From Octopus sinensis (Eukaryota), in NCBI RefSeq assembly GCF_006345805.1, contig NC_043022.1:20646001-20710000 (forward strand): a stretch of DNA of 64,000 nt, read 5' to 3'. Both the position numbers and the translations under genes were made by a program. A model generated the notes under the pieces. It was given only the letters and a program-made list of their open reading frames with translations, was not told the DNA's origin and ran no database searches. Each line of letters opens with the position of its first letter. The stretch's first letter is position 1. Of the stretch, positions 37,827-50,039 are shown piece by piece.

Positions 37827-39443
37827 TAATATGCATATATTATGTATGTATGTGTGTGTGTGTGTGTGTATATATATATGTATGTATGTATAATAAATTT
37901 TTTGTTCTAATGGATACATGTCAATTAGTGCGTTGAGTAAAGTACGTTCACAGCTTGGGCGACCTGGTATCGTCCAAAGTTGGGATATATTTCCGCTAGA
38001 TCTACTTCAGGAATTCCGCAGTGTTAGTTGAGATAATAATTAAAGGAAACGGATGATAGATTTGGTGTGTACACACACACACACACACATATATTACAAT
38101 ATGCATGTATAGCATGTGTGTGTATATATATATATATTATATAGATACACACACATAAATGTTTGTTTTTATGTTATGTTATGATAAAACAGTTTTTCAT
38201 TAAACTGAAGAATTGCTCAATACTTTTTGTTGAGGGAAAATTTATTATAAGAAGACAGCCTGATTCCTTAACAAGAAAAATGGTATTGACTATGATTTCT
38301 AAATCACGGTGTTTAATGAAAGTGTTTGTACAAAGTGAGTCGTGTGTGTTCGTATGTTCAAACATCGATTTAATTTTCGAATCTGTTCGTCCTGTTTCTT
38401 ATTCTCAATTCAGAAAGAAAGACGAAAACAAATAAGAAAAACGCGATTCCTAGTCTTGTTCTTCTATCATAATTCGGATGCATTACAGGAATATAAATTG
38501 TTCAAAGTGTATGACTGGTCTTTTATCTTATCTTCAAAAGGTTGTACTTAACTGTAACAATTACTGCCCTATTGAATGCGACGGAATTGGACAGAACGTC
38601 ATCTGTGAAGATTTGACGATCGGTCAAACGTAATTGGTATAAGCTAACTTCGTCCCTAAATAAGACATCATAGATGCGTATAGAATTTTTATTAGACCAA
38701 TAGTTGTTGATGTTTGACTTTGATTTGTGGAAAGAAGGGTTTCAATTCTTGTTCTCTTTTGTAAAAATAAAAAGTAAAAACATGAGTAAAAGTCTCGTGG
38801 GTAATGTAAAAAAACAAAGTCCTTCTGGGACGAAAGTTGATTGTTGTTGACTAACACTCACGTGCGTGCACTCTTACGCACACACAGTCTTTCTCTCTCT
38901 CACTCTCACTTCCATACACACTTTCTTTCTCTTCCTTCCTCACACTTTTTCCCCACCATACACTGTCTCTCTCTTAACCACACACATTCTTACTGTCTTC
39001 TCTACACATCCACACACACACATTCTCTCTCTCTCTCTGTCTTTCTCTCCACACACACATACACACATTCTCGACCACACACACCCTCTCATTTACTCTC
39101 ACTCTTCCTCTCCACACACTCACATACGAAACAATTGTCACAATCACCAACAGCACTATCTCTATCGACGGGCCAAGGAAATACAACCAACAGATGATCA
39201 TTCAGTCTGCTAGAAATAGCAGCCAAAATCCTTCCTCACACCACACCCTATTTTCTTAAGAAAAGCAAAGAGCACATTACACTTTACAGAGTGGTACTGA
39301 ATTCAAAACTGATTTGGAAGCAAACTTTTTTTTTACCACAAAGCCATGCCTGACAAGGGAGCCTTTCATAGCCACTCAAAATAGCAGTCAAATCTCCCTC
39401 AAATTACACCTCACAGTCTTTAAAAAGATAGGAAAACATTTTT

Positions 39444-40671
39444 TCAGGTCATTAAGAATGAAATGTCCGATTTTGAACAAAGTTTATTTTACTTTATCCC
39501 AGCAAAATACAATGCAGTTAATCAATGTACCTAAATTATCATCACAATTTTGCCATTTTACCAGTAGCTTATTTATGCTGGCTGCAAAGAATTCTGGAGA
39601 GGAAGAGGTGATGAAATTATGAAAGGCTGTTTTTGCATCTTCTGATTTGAAGTTTTTTCCTTGCAAAAACTTTATCTTATGCCTGGAAAACGTGATAGTC
39701 AGTGAATATGGTGGATGACAGAGTTCTTCCTAGTTCAGTTCCTGTAACTTTGAGTAGTGTTCTTTGTGCAAACATGTGGTCAAATATTATCTTGCAAGAG
39801 AATTGGCCTGTCTCTATTGATCAACCTCAGTTGTTTAACTGCAAGTTCACTCATCATTTCATCTAATTGGTTGATGTATACATTCTCTGTAATTGACTTA
39901 CCAGGTCTCATGAAGCTGTAGTTGATGACACCATTAACATTTTTTGGTGAATATTCTTTTTTTGGATTGTGTTTTGGCACTTCGTTTCTATCCAACCATC
40001 ATGCAGAACACTTGTTGTTGTTGAAAAGAATCCATTTTTTTTATCACACATAACAAGGTGATGCAAAAAATGGTTCACTTTTATGCTGTGGCAGCAAACA
40101 ACAGCAAGTTTCAAGATGTGCCATTTGATGCTCGTTCAGTTCATCTGGTACCCAGTTGTCCAGCTTCTTTACTTTGCCAATTTGTTTCACATGGTCCAAT
40201 ACAGTTGGAATCGAAATGTCAAACCTTGCTGTTAACCCATGCGTAGTTTGAGATGTATCCACTTCCACTACAGTTTCCAGCTCATCATTATCCACCTTCG
40301 TCTCAGGGATGATTTTCAAGAGTAAAGTCACCAGACCAGAACTTGTCAAACCATGGATGTACAGTGCTCTCATTTGCCACATCTCCACCAAACACCTCAT
40401 TGATGTTTCGAGCTGTCTGGGATGCATTGGTTCCATGACGGCACTTGTATTCATAAATAATACGAATTTTTTATCTATCCATGGGTTCACAAAAATTGAT
40501 TTACTAGAGAAAACTCACAATATAATCAGACACCATGAATTGCATTTTGAAAAATGATGGTGTAACTCTTCAATGTTGTAAAACAAAGAATTGTTAGGAT
40601 AAAACATTAGAGTTAATGACTATCAAACTTGGCGCGTAAGAAAATCAGACATTTCACTCTTAATGACCTAA
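39444..40671 (-). mobile_element. Full-length decayed mariner element
   Basis: TIRs TCAGGTCATTAAGAATGAAATGTCCGATTT / AAATCAGACATTTCACTCTTAATGACCTAA|TA. Frameshifted transposase pieces KVKKLDNWVPDEL, MCDKK, RPILLQDN. Confidence 0.88.
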
Positions 40672-41454
40672 TATAATGTAGACGGAGATATTACACTGCT
40701 AAAAAAAGGGGGGTGGGGACAGGATGATCACCACTGAAATGCTCAACCCGTAAGAAATAGCAGCCAATTGTTATTCCAGTCATACTTTACTGTCTTAGAC
40801 AAAGCAGATGACACCTACTGCTGAATAAACAAAGGGATGGTCATGGCTGGGACCAGGGCCATTGTAGCAGCAAACCAATGCACAGGGCCCTGTAGTATTT
40901 ACTTACTGACAGCAAGCCACAACATATATAGATCAAAATTAGTCCTTTAGACCCATGACTTCCCTGGACAATTTCCAAGTGTGTCTATATGTTAAGTTGG
41001 CATGGACAAGAACACATTCCATTCCAGGTCTCCTCAATCTGTAAACCACTATAGCTTCAATAGCTTCTTCTCTAAATCAGATTACCTGTCAGTTAATCCA
41101 GGGTTGATAGGCTTGTTTATATATCTAAACCTGGAACTGGTCACATTTTAAATAGTCTACAATGATAAGAAATTGGTCTTTTGGACTATTAACTTTATCA
41201 TTAGATATAGAAAATATTTTTCTTTTGTTTACAAAATTTAGATTTACCCTAATAAAATTTCATTATCTGGTCTTATTACATTTGGATGTTGTACATAATT
41301 CCAAGATGGATTTGTACATGGAATTTTGTTTCCATAGTAACGGTAATTATCACTGAAATTCTTGTCTGCCAGGCTATTAGCATTATTAGTTGTCATGATT
41401 GACTGCTAAATCCACAAGTTTTTTTATTCTCTCTCTGCTTATTTCCTCATGTTC

Positions 41455-41490
41455 CTTTCTGTTGAAGAGCATAGACTCGAAACGTAAAAG
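41455..41490 (+). ncRNA. Variant minimal hammerhead motif in a PLE-like repeat (~41430-41580)
   Basis: cttt-CTGTTGA-agagcatagactc-GAAA-cg-TA-aaag, a CUGUUGA core variant. The downstream tail recurs at ~6845-6897 (+) and ~7895-7962 (-). Confidence 0.45.
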
Positions 41491-41665
41491 ACTTTCTCAC
41501 CTTCCTGAGCATCAAACTAATACACCTGCTTGTTCATACACCTGTCTTTGTCTTTTGTTTTTCTATAAATTTTAACTATTGGCATTATTACTGATACCAT
41601 AAATCTTAGCTTTACAGATGAAAAATGTTTTTACCATGGTGATATTTTGAACACAACATCACCAT

Positions 41666-41803
41666 TAAAACTGCAGAAATATTGGGTATTATTACCCTTA
41701 CAAGTGTAGAAAAGGTCGCTGTCAACAAACAGCCATAGCTGTTTGTTGACAACTTTTTCTGCCTTTTAAGGGTAATAATAACCAATTTTTTCTGCTATTT
41801 TAA
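41666..41803. repeat. Palindromic MITE-like element
   Basis: Centre TGTCAACAAACAGC-cata-GCTGTTTGTTGACA, with outer pairing TATTATTACCCTTA/TAAGGGTAATAATA. Confidence 0.7.
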
Positions 41804-41859
41804 CAGCAATACTCATCATCATTTAACATCCATTGTCCATGCTGGTATGTGTTGGATGG

Positions 41860-42593
41860 TTCTGAAATGGCTCTGATGAAAGTAGCATTAATTTTCTTAG
41901 GTCATTCAATCTCCTACAAATCTTCTGGACAGTATCCTTGTTTAAGTTGGTGAATGCTGCCATAATTCTTGCCTCCAATTCATCTTTGGTGTTACAGGGA
42001 GTTTTGTTGGTCTCTCACTGAATGGCACCCCACACATAATAATCAAGGGGGTTGCAGTCTAGATCGCCAGGTGTCAGGGGTAATGTGGTCACAGAAATTG
42101 TCTGACAGCCACAACTGGGTTTTTCTGCTTCTTTGGCGTGGTGCAGAGTCCTGTTGCCAGACATAGGGTCTTCCAGCAGCCACCCTCTTCACCCAGGGTA
42201 GCACTACCTCCTCCAGGCACTTGATGTGGGCCTCTGTATTGAGTCTGAGGCCATGTGGAAAGATGAATGGAGGCATAATGTTGCAATCACTGGTGATCAC
42301 TCCAAACACCATGATGTTGATTGGATGTTTGAATTTTATCAGTCTTGGTACATATCCTCAGATTGACATACAAACACTTTGAAACGTTTGTATTGGAGCC
42401 TCTGGTGCAAATGCCAAGCAGTACAACATGTCATTTCCAAATTTCTGGCTGAGTGAATTACGATATGGTGCTGTTTTTCTCACAGTGCCCAACTGACCCT
42501 ACTATACTGTGTAGTCGACAAAATCAAAAACAAACAATACACATGCATGAAATTAGAAATATAAAATAGTGACAATTTACCCATCGCACCCTG
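41860..42593 (-). mobile_element. Deleted Tc1/mariner (maT/DD37D-like) element
   Basis: ORF MVFGVITSDCNIMPPFIFPHGLRLN...YVWQQDSAP. Right end reads CACCCTG|TA. Left TIR not seen. Confidence 0.8.
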
Positions 42594-42601
42594 TATGTAT
42601 G

Positions 42602-42641
<40 letters not shown>

Positions 42642-43595
42642 TTTCTGTCTACCAATTCTATTCACAAAGCTTTGGTCAGCCCAGGGCTATCATAGAAGAC
42701 ACTTGAACAAGTTGGTATGTTGTGGGATGACTGAACCCAAAACAAGTGGTTGAGAAGCAAACTTCTTACAAAACAGTTACATACTTAAAAAAAAAAAATC
42801 AAGGTTTCAGAAAAAACACAATTTCCAAAAAAAATTCTGTATTCCAAAGTTTTCTATAACTGGCATTCCATCAGTTACATTGATGAGGGTTCCAGTCAAT
42901 TTGATCAACCAAACAGCCTGTTTGTGAAATCAACTTGCAAGTGGCTGAGTACTTCACAGACATGCATACCATTAATGTAGTTCTCAAGGAGATTTAGCAT
43001 GACATAGAATGTGACAAGGCTGGCTCTTTGAAATACAAATACTACTCATTTTTGCCAGCTGAGTGGATTGGAGCAATGTGAAATAGTCTTGCTCGAGGAC
43101 ACAGTGCACCATCAGATATTGAACTCATGACCTTATGATTGGGAGCCAAATACTCAGCGAAAGCAGTCAAGTTTATGTCAAATACTCTCATTTAAAATCT
43201 GGCTAATCATTGAACGGACATTGGTGTGACCTTGTGTGGAGGTTTGTGCTCTCTGAGTGCTCGTTACTATTATTTTAGTGCCTCTGTCTAAGCCCTTTTA
43301 TCATACAACATGTGACCTCCTCAATGACTCCCCATACCATGTGTTCCCCCTTGTTCTGCTTATTCCATTTCTCTCTTGCTCTAATACTAAATAATTATAG
43401 CAACAAAGACCACTCATTTAAATATAGCTTACGTTTCTCTTCATGTACAGCTGTGTGTATAATTCATATCTTATTTTACTATTTTTACGTTATTGCTTAT
43501 GACCATACTAGGCCACCACTTTCAAATAGCTTTTATTTAATTATGTCAACCACCTGTATTTAGTCTCTTATGCATATCATTGATCCGTCTTCATA

Positions 43596-44099
43596 TCTAT
43601 ATATATAAAACTGTAGTTGTGTGAGTGTCTGTCCCCTTCGATTTAGATTCCTAACTACTCCCACATTTTGCGGTGCAGTTTAACCAAATTCGGGTATCTT
43701 ATAGTCGTGATTCATATCGAGCCCGTCTGGGTATTAGCGCGCGTCTACAATGAGTCTACGATTTTTAAAATAATTTAACATCATTTTTTATTCCATTTTA
43801 ATGCATAATTTTTCGTGTGTCGATGGCGACGGAGTTGGCGTCCATGGTCACACCTGCACCTGTGTTGCTTTTCCCCCTTCTTCCCTCCCTCGTGAAGCTG
43901 TGGGGAAGGGAGTGTAAGGAAATCAACGTCGTAAAGCGTTGTCAAGGAGACCAGCGTTCTTTTAGAACAACGACTTCATGGCTTGAAGACACCAAAACAG
44001 AAATGGCTAAGAAAGCCCGAATTGGCATCTATAAGGGAAGTAACTCTCTAAAAATGCTTATATAGTTATTTCCCTTACAAACCCAGGCGATACTGCTAG
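43596..44099 (+). mobile_element. Non-autonomous Helitron with extra internal segment
   Basis: a|TC...CTAG|t, same family as 4307. Extra ~220 bp at 43810-44030. Terminal hairpin shortened. Confidence 0.8.
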
Positions 44100-44444
44100 T
44101 TTATCTATATAAGGCATCTGTTCACAGTTTAAGAATAAACCAACTGAAACACTGTGTAGCTGTACATTAATGTTGTAAATGTACACTCATTGTATTCCAA
44201 TTTCCTTCAGTTTCAATAATTAGCAGATGTCTGACTATCTTTTGATAGTCACAACACAGGCTACACCTTCTGGTTTTTTGAATATAATTTTCAGAAATAA
44301 CCTAATAAGTTTACCATTAATTCCATGAAATATTCATGGGTCCCTGTATTTGGTTCTACCAGTTTGCTGTCTTTTTAATAATAATAATCCTTTCTAGTAT
44401 AGGCACAAGGCCTGAGAATTTTAGTAGAAAGGAATACTATTATC

Positions 44445-44866
44445 CAGTTCTATATTGAAGAGCTGAGGAATTATGTACATTATATACATTTGACGGATAT
44501 TTGTCCTCATCTTGTTTGTTGTTAACATTTCAGCTGATATACCCTCCAAGCTTCATCAGGTTCTTAGGGAAATTTCAAACCTGGGTTCTTATTCCTAAGA
44601 CATTTTTCGATATTATTGTTATTATCATTATTATGCCCATGGGCATGTGGGGTAGTGGTTAAGAGCGCAGGCTACTAAACCCAAGATTCCAAGTTGAATT
44701 CCAGGCAGTGACCTAAATCATAATAATAATAATATTGAAAAATACCTTAGGAATGAGAACCCAGGTTCGAAATTTCTCCAAGACACCTGATGAAGGCTGG
44801 AGGGTATATCAGCTGAAACGTTGTGTTAACAAACAAGATGAGGAGAAATATCCCTATAATGTAAAT
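44445..44866 (+). mobile_element. Composite element: inverted hammerhead-bearing arms around a tRNA-like core
   Basis: 44480-44612 is the inverse of 44733-44866. Core 44636-44715 has TAGTGGTTAAGAGCG and a B-box-like GTTGAATTCC. Related copies at 61629-62279 and 5183-5335. Confidence 0.65.
44783..44826 (+). ncRNA. Minimal hammerhead ribozyme motif
   Basis: acac-CTGATGA-aggctggagggtatatcagct-GAAA-cg-TT-gtgt. 4-bp stem I, GCTG/CAGC stem II, palindromic ACGT stem III. The cleavage triplet ends in U. Confidence 0.6.
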
Positions 44867-45853
44867 AGGAGGCAAGCAGGCAGAATTGTTAGCATGCTGG
44901 GCAAAATGCTTAGAAGCATTTCATCTGTCTTTACGTTCTGAGTTCAAATTCTTCCGAGGTTGACTTTACCTTTCATCCTTTACTCAACTATTCCCATTCC
45001 CTAAATTTCAGGCCTTGTGTCTATAGTAGAAAGGATTCTTACTATTATTAATTTTCTTTTTTCTCCTTTTTTTTTTATTGTCATATAGCAATGAAGCTAG
45101 TGGAATTGTGATTTATGAAAAGATAGGTCTCAACAATGAGTTGCAAGCAACATATTTAAATAATGACTAAACTGTCACTGAAATAATTAAAGATAATTAT
45201 TAGTAATTAAATATTGTCTAAATTAAACAGTTCACACAGAATGGTTTGTTAAAGAGGAGAAAGGGAAAGAAAGAAAGGAAATAAGGAGAGGGGGAATTCC
45301 AAGGCATATAATGCGTGTGTTACACTCCCAGAATAGAAATTTCGCATCTAAATTATGCTTCTTCATGTCATCCATCTAGGGTTGAACTCTAAGCTGTGAC
45401 TATCAGATCAGTCTGTCAATCTTTCTGTTTATACACACACATACAAACACAAAGACTCACTCATATAGATTATACAGATATATATATATAGGGTAAAGAT
45501 CCCCTTTGGTCATGAATGACCATGGGATTGCACCTAGAAAGTTACCCACTGAGGCAAAAGTCTAGGCAAGGTTGTTTATCGAAGACTAGCAGTCACCCAT
45601 GCATACCAGCCTCCCCTCCCCATGCCACGGATGTCATCCAAGGGAAAGACAGAGGGGCTGATTCAGCTTGACATCAGTGACATCCCTACTCATTTCCACA
45701 GCTGAGTGAACTGGAGCAACATGAAATCTCTTGATCAAGAACACAGCCAGGTCCGGGAATTGAACTCTCTACCTCATGATTGTGAGTGAGCCCGATGCTC
45801 TAACCACTAAGCCATGTGCCTTCACACAGCTATCTAGCTATCTAGCTATCTAG

Positions 45854-45929
<76 letters not shown>

Positions 45930-46793
45930 ATATATGAATGATGGACTTCTTTCAGTTTCCATCTACCAAATCCACTCATGAGGCTTGAAAAGTAATGATA
46001 TATGTATACAATTAGATGATTTGAGGTGGAATTATGAGCTATAAAAGACATCATTATCAATTATTAGAGATTCAGTCATATCGGTATCTAACTTTTATAC
46101 CTCTTAATTCAACCTCAGTTCATCTAATTGTATATATATTATATATATCGTTACTTTTAATAAAAAAAGCCTTTATTTTTTTTATATCCAAAAGTGCATT
46201 TTCACTTTTTTCTTTTTACTTTTCCACTATATATATATATATATGTGTGTTTGTGTGCATGTATCTATACAATGTTTATGTATGTGTGTATCTATCTAAT
46301 GTGTGTGTGTGTGTATGTATCTATATAATGTGTGTATATGTGTGTGCGTGTGTGTATGTATCTATATAATGTGTGTATATGTGTGTGCGTGTGTGTATGT
46401 ATCTATATAATGTGTGTATATGTATGTGTGCATGTATGTATGCGTGTTTATGTGTGTGCCTGTATGTATGTATATGCGTGTGTACATGTATAATGTAGGT
46501 AGTGGAGTAAACCTCAGCTGTTTCCTCTTGAAGCACACCTACTTATTCTTTTATTACAATCCAGTGTGTCTTCCCAGAGACACACAATGTACGAGTGGCA
46601 CCTTTGATGCAAATCTAATGAAGTGCCACTCTAGTGACTAAAACTACAACCATTAATGCAAACTTTCACATATTCTGGCGTTGAAAGCGGAGTTGGTACA
46701 GAAACAATTGTAACTGGTTGTTGAAGATGTGTTTTTGTCTTATTGTATGTGTGTGTGTGTGAGTGTGTTAATTTGTTGTTCTGTTCCTTTCAG

Positions 46794-46827
46794 AGTATCC
46801 TTAACCAATCTTGATTAGAACACCTAG
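46794..46827 (+). other. Candidate 34-nt non-coding (5' UTR) exon of the CAT gene
   Basis: ttgttgttctgttcctttcag acceptor and ag|gtaaca donor. No ATG. Splice-signal evidence only. Confidence 0.3.
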
Positions 46828-47329
46828 GTAACATGCTTTCAATTACTTATAGGTGATCATGATAGTAAATCTCCTTATCACTGCATGGCACCTTGGGCAA
46901 GTGTCTTCTACTATGGCCTTGGGCCGACCAAAGCCTTGTGAGTGAATTTGGTAGACGCAAACTGAAAGAAGCCCATCGTATACATGTATATATGTGTGTT
47001 TGTGTGTCTGTGTTTGCTGGTGTGTTTAGGTCCCTGTAACTTAGCGGTTCAGAAAATTCACAAAGAATAAGTCCTGGGGTCGATTTGCTCGACTAAAGGC
47101 GGTGCTCCAGCATGGCAGCAGTCAAATGACTGACACAAGTAAAAGAGTAAAGAGTTATCAGGGCAAAGAAAGTTGGTTGTTGTTGTTCTTTATTCTGGCT
47201 GATCGGTTGTATGATCAAAGGTGTTCGCTTCTCGAACAGTGGCCATATCGAAGACTACATTATCCACCGATTCCTTATATTTTGAAGACAGTAGTATGTG
47301 ATTTGAGGAAGGTATGGATGTTAAATGTA

Positions 47330-47935
47330 CTTTTCTACTTGAGGCACAAGGCCCGAAATTTTGGGGGAAGGGGCCAGTCGATTAGATCAAGGACAGACAA
47401 ACGGATGATTAAGGTGATTATATCGACCCCAGTGCGTAACTGGTACTTATTTAATCGACCCCCGAAAGGATGAAAGGCAAAGTCGACCTCGGCGGAATTT
47501 GAACTCAGAACGTAACGGCAGACGAAATACCTATTTCTTTACTACCCACAAGGGGCTAAACACAGAGAGGACAAACAAGGACAGACAAACAGATGAAGTT
47601 GATTATATCGACCCCAGTGCGTAACTTGTACTTATTTAATCGACCCCGAAAGGATGAAAGGCAAAGTCGACCTCGGTGGAATTTGAACTCAGAACGTAAT
47701 GGCAGACGAAATACCTATTTCTTTACTACCCACGAGGGGCTAAACACAGAGAGGACAAACAAGGACAGACAAATGGATTAAGTCGATTATATCGACCCCA
47801 GTGCGTAACTGGTACTTATTTAATCGACCCTGAAAGGATGAAAGGCAAAGTCGACCTCGGTGGAATTTGAACTCAGAATGTAGCGGCAGACGAAATACCT
47901 ATTTCTTTACTACCCACAGGGACAAACAAGGACAG
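47330..47935 (-). mobile_element. SINE family B multimer (184-bp period)
   Basis: Junction gacgaaatac-c-tatttctttactaccc at 47532, 47716 and 47900. Confidence 0.8.
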
Positions 47936-48140
47936 AATGTAAAGACTAATGAAATCCTGCTCAGCAGTTTGAGTGTCGAGCTAATGATTCTGCCATCCCA
48001 CTGTCTTCATAAAATTGCTCATGATAAATAATTATTTTATTGACAACTTGACTGTATGTAACCTTTCCCCTGCGACCTATTTTCCATGTTTCAAATATTA
48101 AATAAGTTAACTAATTGATGAATGATAAAGAAGGATAAAT

Positions 48141-48735
48141 AGGTGCAGGAGTGGCTGTGTGGTAAGTAGCTTGCTTACCAACCACATGGTTCCGGGTTCA
48201 GTCCCACTACATGGCATCTTGGGCAAGTGTCTTCTACTATAGCCTCAGGATCTTTTTGGTTTGAACGGCAGTTTTTAAAATAATTTCCACGTAACTAAAA
48301 AATTTTAAACTTCGTATACTGGTAGAATGTGTTTATAAAACATCTTTTTCTCTTGGCTTTATTGAGAAAATTCTATAGTTTGTAAGATATTTGTTGTCTT
48401 TTTTCTTCAATTTCTGCAATTTCAACCAATCACTGACGTCTATTGAGGTAAAAACATTCTGTGCCGTATGAATATGTCCCTCGTTTAACAGATTGGGTTT
48501 ATTTACATTTCTGAAGAAAAAAAAAAGATACTCTTCCCCACCCGTAACCCTAACTAACCCTAGCCCTAAAACAGATTGAAATGCAATAGATCGATACTAG
48601 GGTCATAATTATGGGTGACAATTTCACATGACACCGCTAGAAAAAACTGCCGTTCAAACCGAAAAGATCCTTGCCTCGAGCCGACCAAAGCCTTGTGAGA
48701 GGATTTGGTAGACGGAAACTGAAAGAAGCCTGTCG

Positions 48736-48767
<32 letters not shown>

Positions 48768-48954
48768 CGTGCGTGCGTGTGTTTGTCCCAACATCGCTTG
48801 ACAACCGATGTTGGTGTGTTTACATCCCCGTAACTTAGTGGTTCGGCAAGAGACCAATAGAATAAGTACTAGGCTTCCAAAGAATAAGTCCTAAAGGCGG
48901 TGCTCCAGCATGGCCACAGTCAAATGACTGAAACAAGTAAAAGAGTAAAGAGTA
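48141..48954 (+). mobile_element. SINE family A interrupted by a MITE
   Basis: Head at 48141-48247. Resumes at 48671 and runs to the GTAAAAGAGTAAAGAGTAA tail. Confidence 0.85.
48248..48670. mobile_element. 423-bp MITE with GGATC termini and 8-bp TSD (Merlin-like)
   Basis: TIRs GGATCTTTTTGGTTTGAACGGCAGTTTTT / AAAAACTGCCGTTCAAACCGAAAAGATCC. Flanks TAGCCTCA and TTGCCTCG each differ by one base from the SINE site TAGCCTCG. Internal CCCTAA motifs. Shares AAACTTCGTATACTGGTAGAATG with the 3126 TIR. Confidence 0.85.
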
Positions 48955-50039
48955 AGGATGAGGGTGTCCTAGCATCACTCAGTAAGACCTTTGTCAGCCG
49001 TTTCTCCAGCTATCTATTTAAAAACTGTATATGACAATAGTACGTCCACACTTAGAGAATTTGCATCATCAGTCTATCTATCTTTCTGTCTCTCTGTATC
49101 TATCTATCTATCTATCTATCTATATCTACCTACCTACACACACACATACACACATTAATAATAAGCATAAGTTACAGAGTGTGACAATGGCCAAATTCGT
49201 GTTTGGTAAGTGCCAATTCACGAAACTCTCAGCTTTTGACTTATTCTCTAACTTCTGCCATCATATTCAACCAGTATCCGAAGCTTCAAACTGTTTATTT
49301 AAAAACAAAAAGTAATTTTAAAAAATCTGTAAGATCCGTGAAACCACTCTCGTACAACACTGGATGTTAGCCATAATATGTACCGAGTTCCCATAACATT
49401 TTCTATTTATTTCATACGAAAAGCTGAATAAATTACGCTAGTCAAGGGAATCCTAATATTTGGAATATGGATACATGCTATCTTTTATTCTTTCAACTTT
49501 AACTGCTTCATCATTCAATGAAGAATATTGTTTTAACCACAGGATAGCTCTGATTGTAATGGATCTGTTTTGTCTTCTTTTCTAGAAGTAACGAATTCCT
49601 AAGCGAACATTATAAAATAATATAAACTTGAATTTTTTTTTCTCGAAGACGGAAATTTCATTTTTCTTTTTGTCAGGAAGATTCGGTTGTTCTTTCTAGC
49701 AATTCGAGCGACCTGGTAAAGGCTCTCTCGTTGCCTCTTCTCGTTCCCTTTGTCACCTGTTGTTTAGTCCGGAGTTGGATCTGATTGAACAGATATGATC
49801 AAAGACGTCCTGCCTGTGACCATTCCGTCTTTATTCCCAGACACAATGGACTCTACGTGTATATCACAGGATAGAGGCTTTTCTATTCTGTATATAAAAA
49901 AAAGGGATCTTTACCTTGAAGGTAAAGATCTACATATTTCAGTAATTGGTCCTAAGACATGCAGCTAGTCATAAAACGACGTAACATGAAAAATCATTTA
50001 GAAGAATTTATTAGCTGTTCTAATAAACGATTAATACAT

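Noticed and set aside
44636-44715. Functional tRNA genes (here and at SINE heads)
   Set aside because: A/B boxes are present but there is no complete cloverleaf or acceptor stem, and each is attached to a repeat body.
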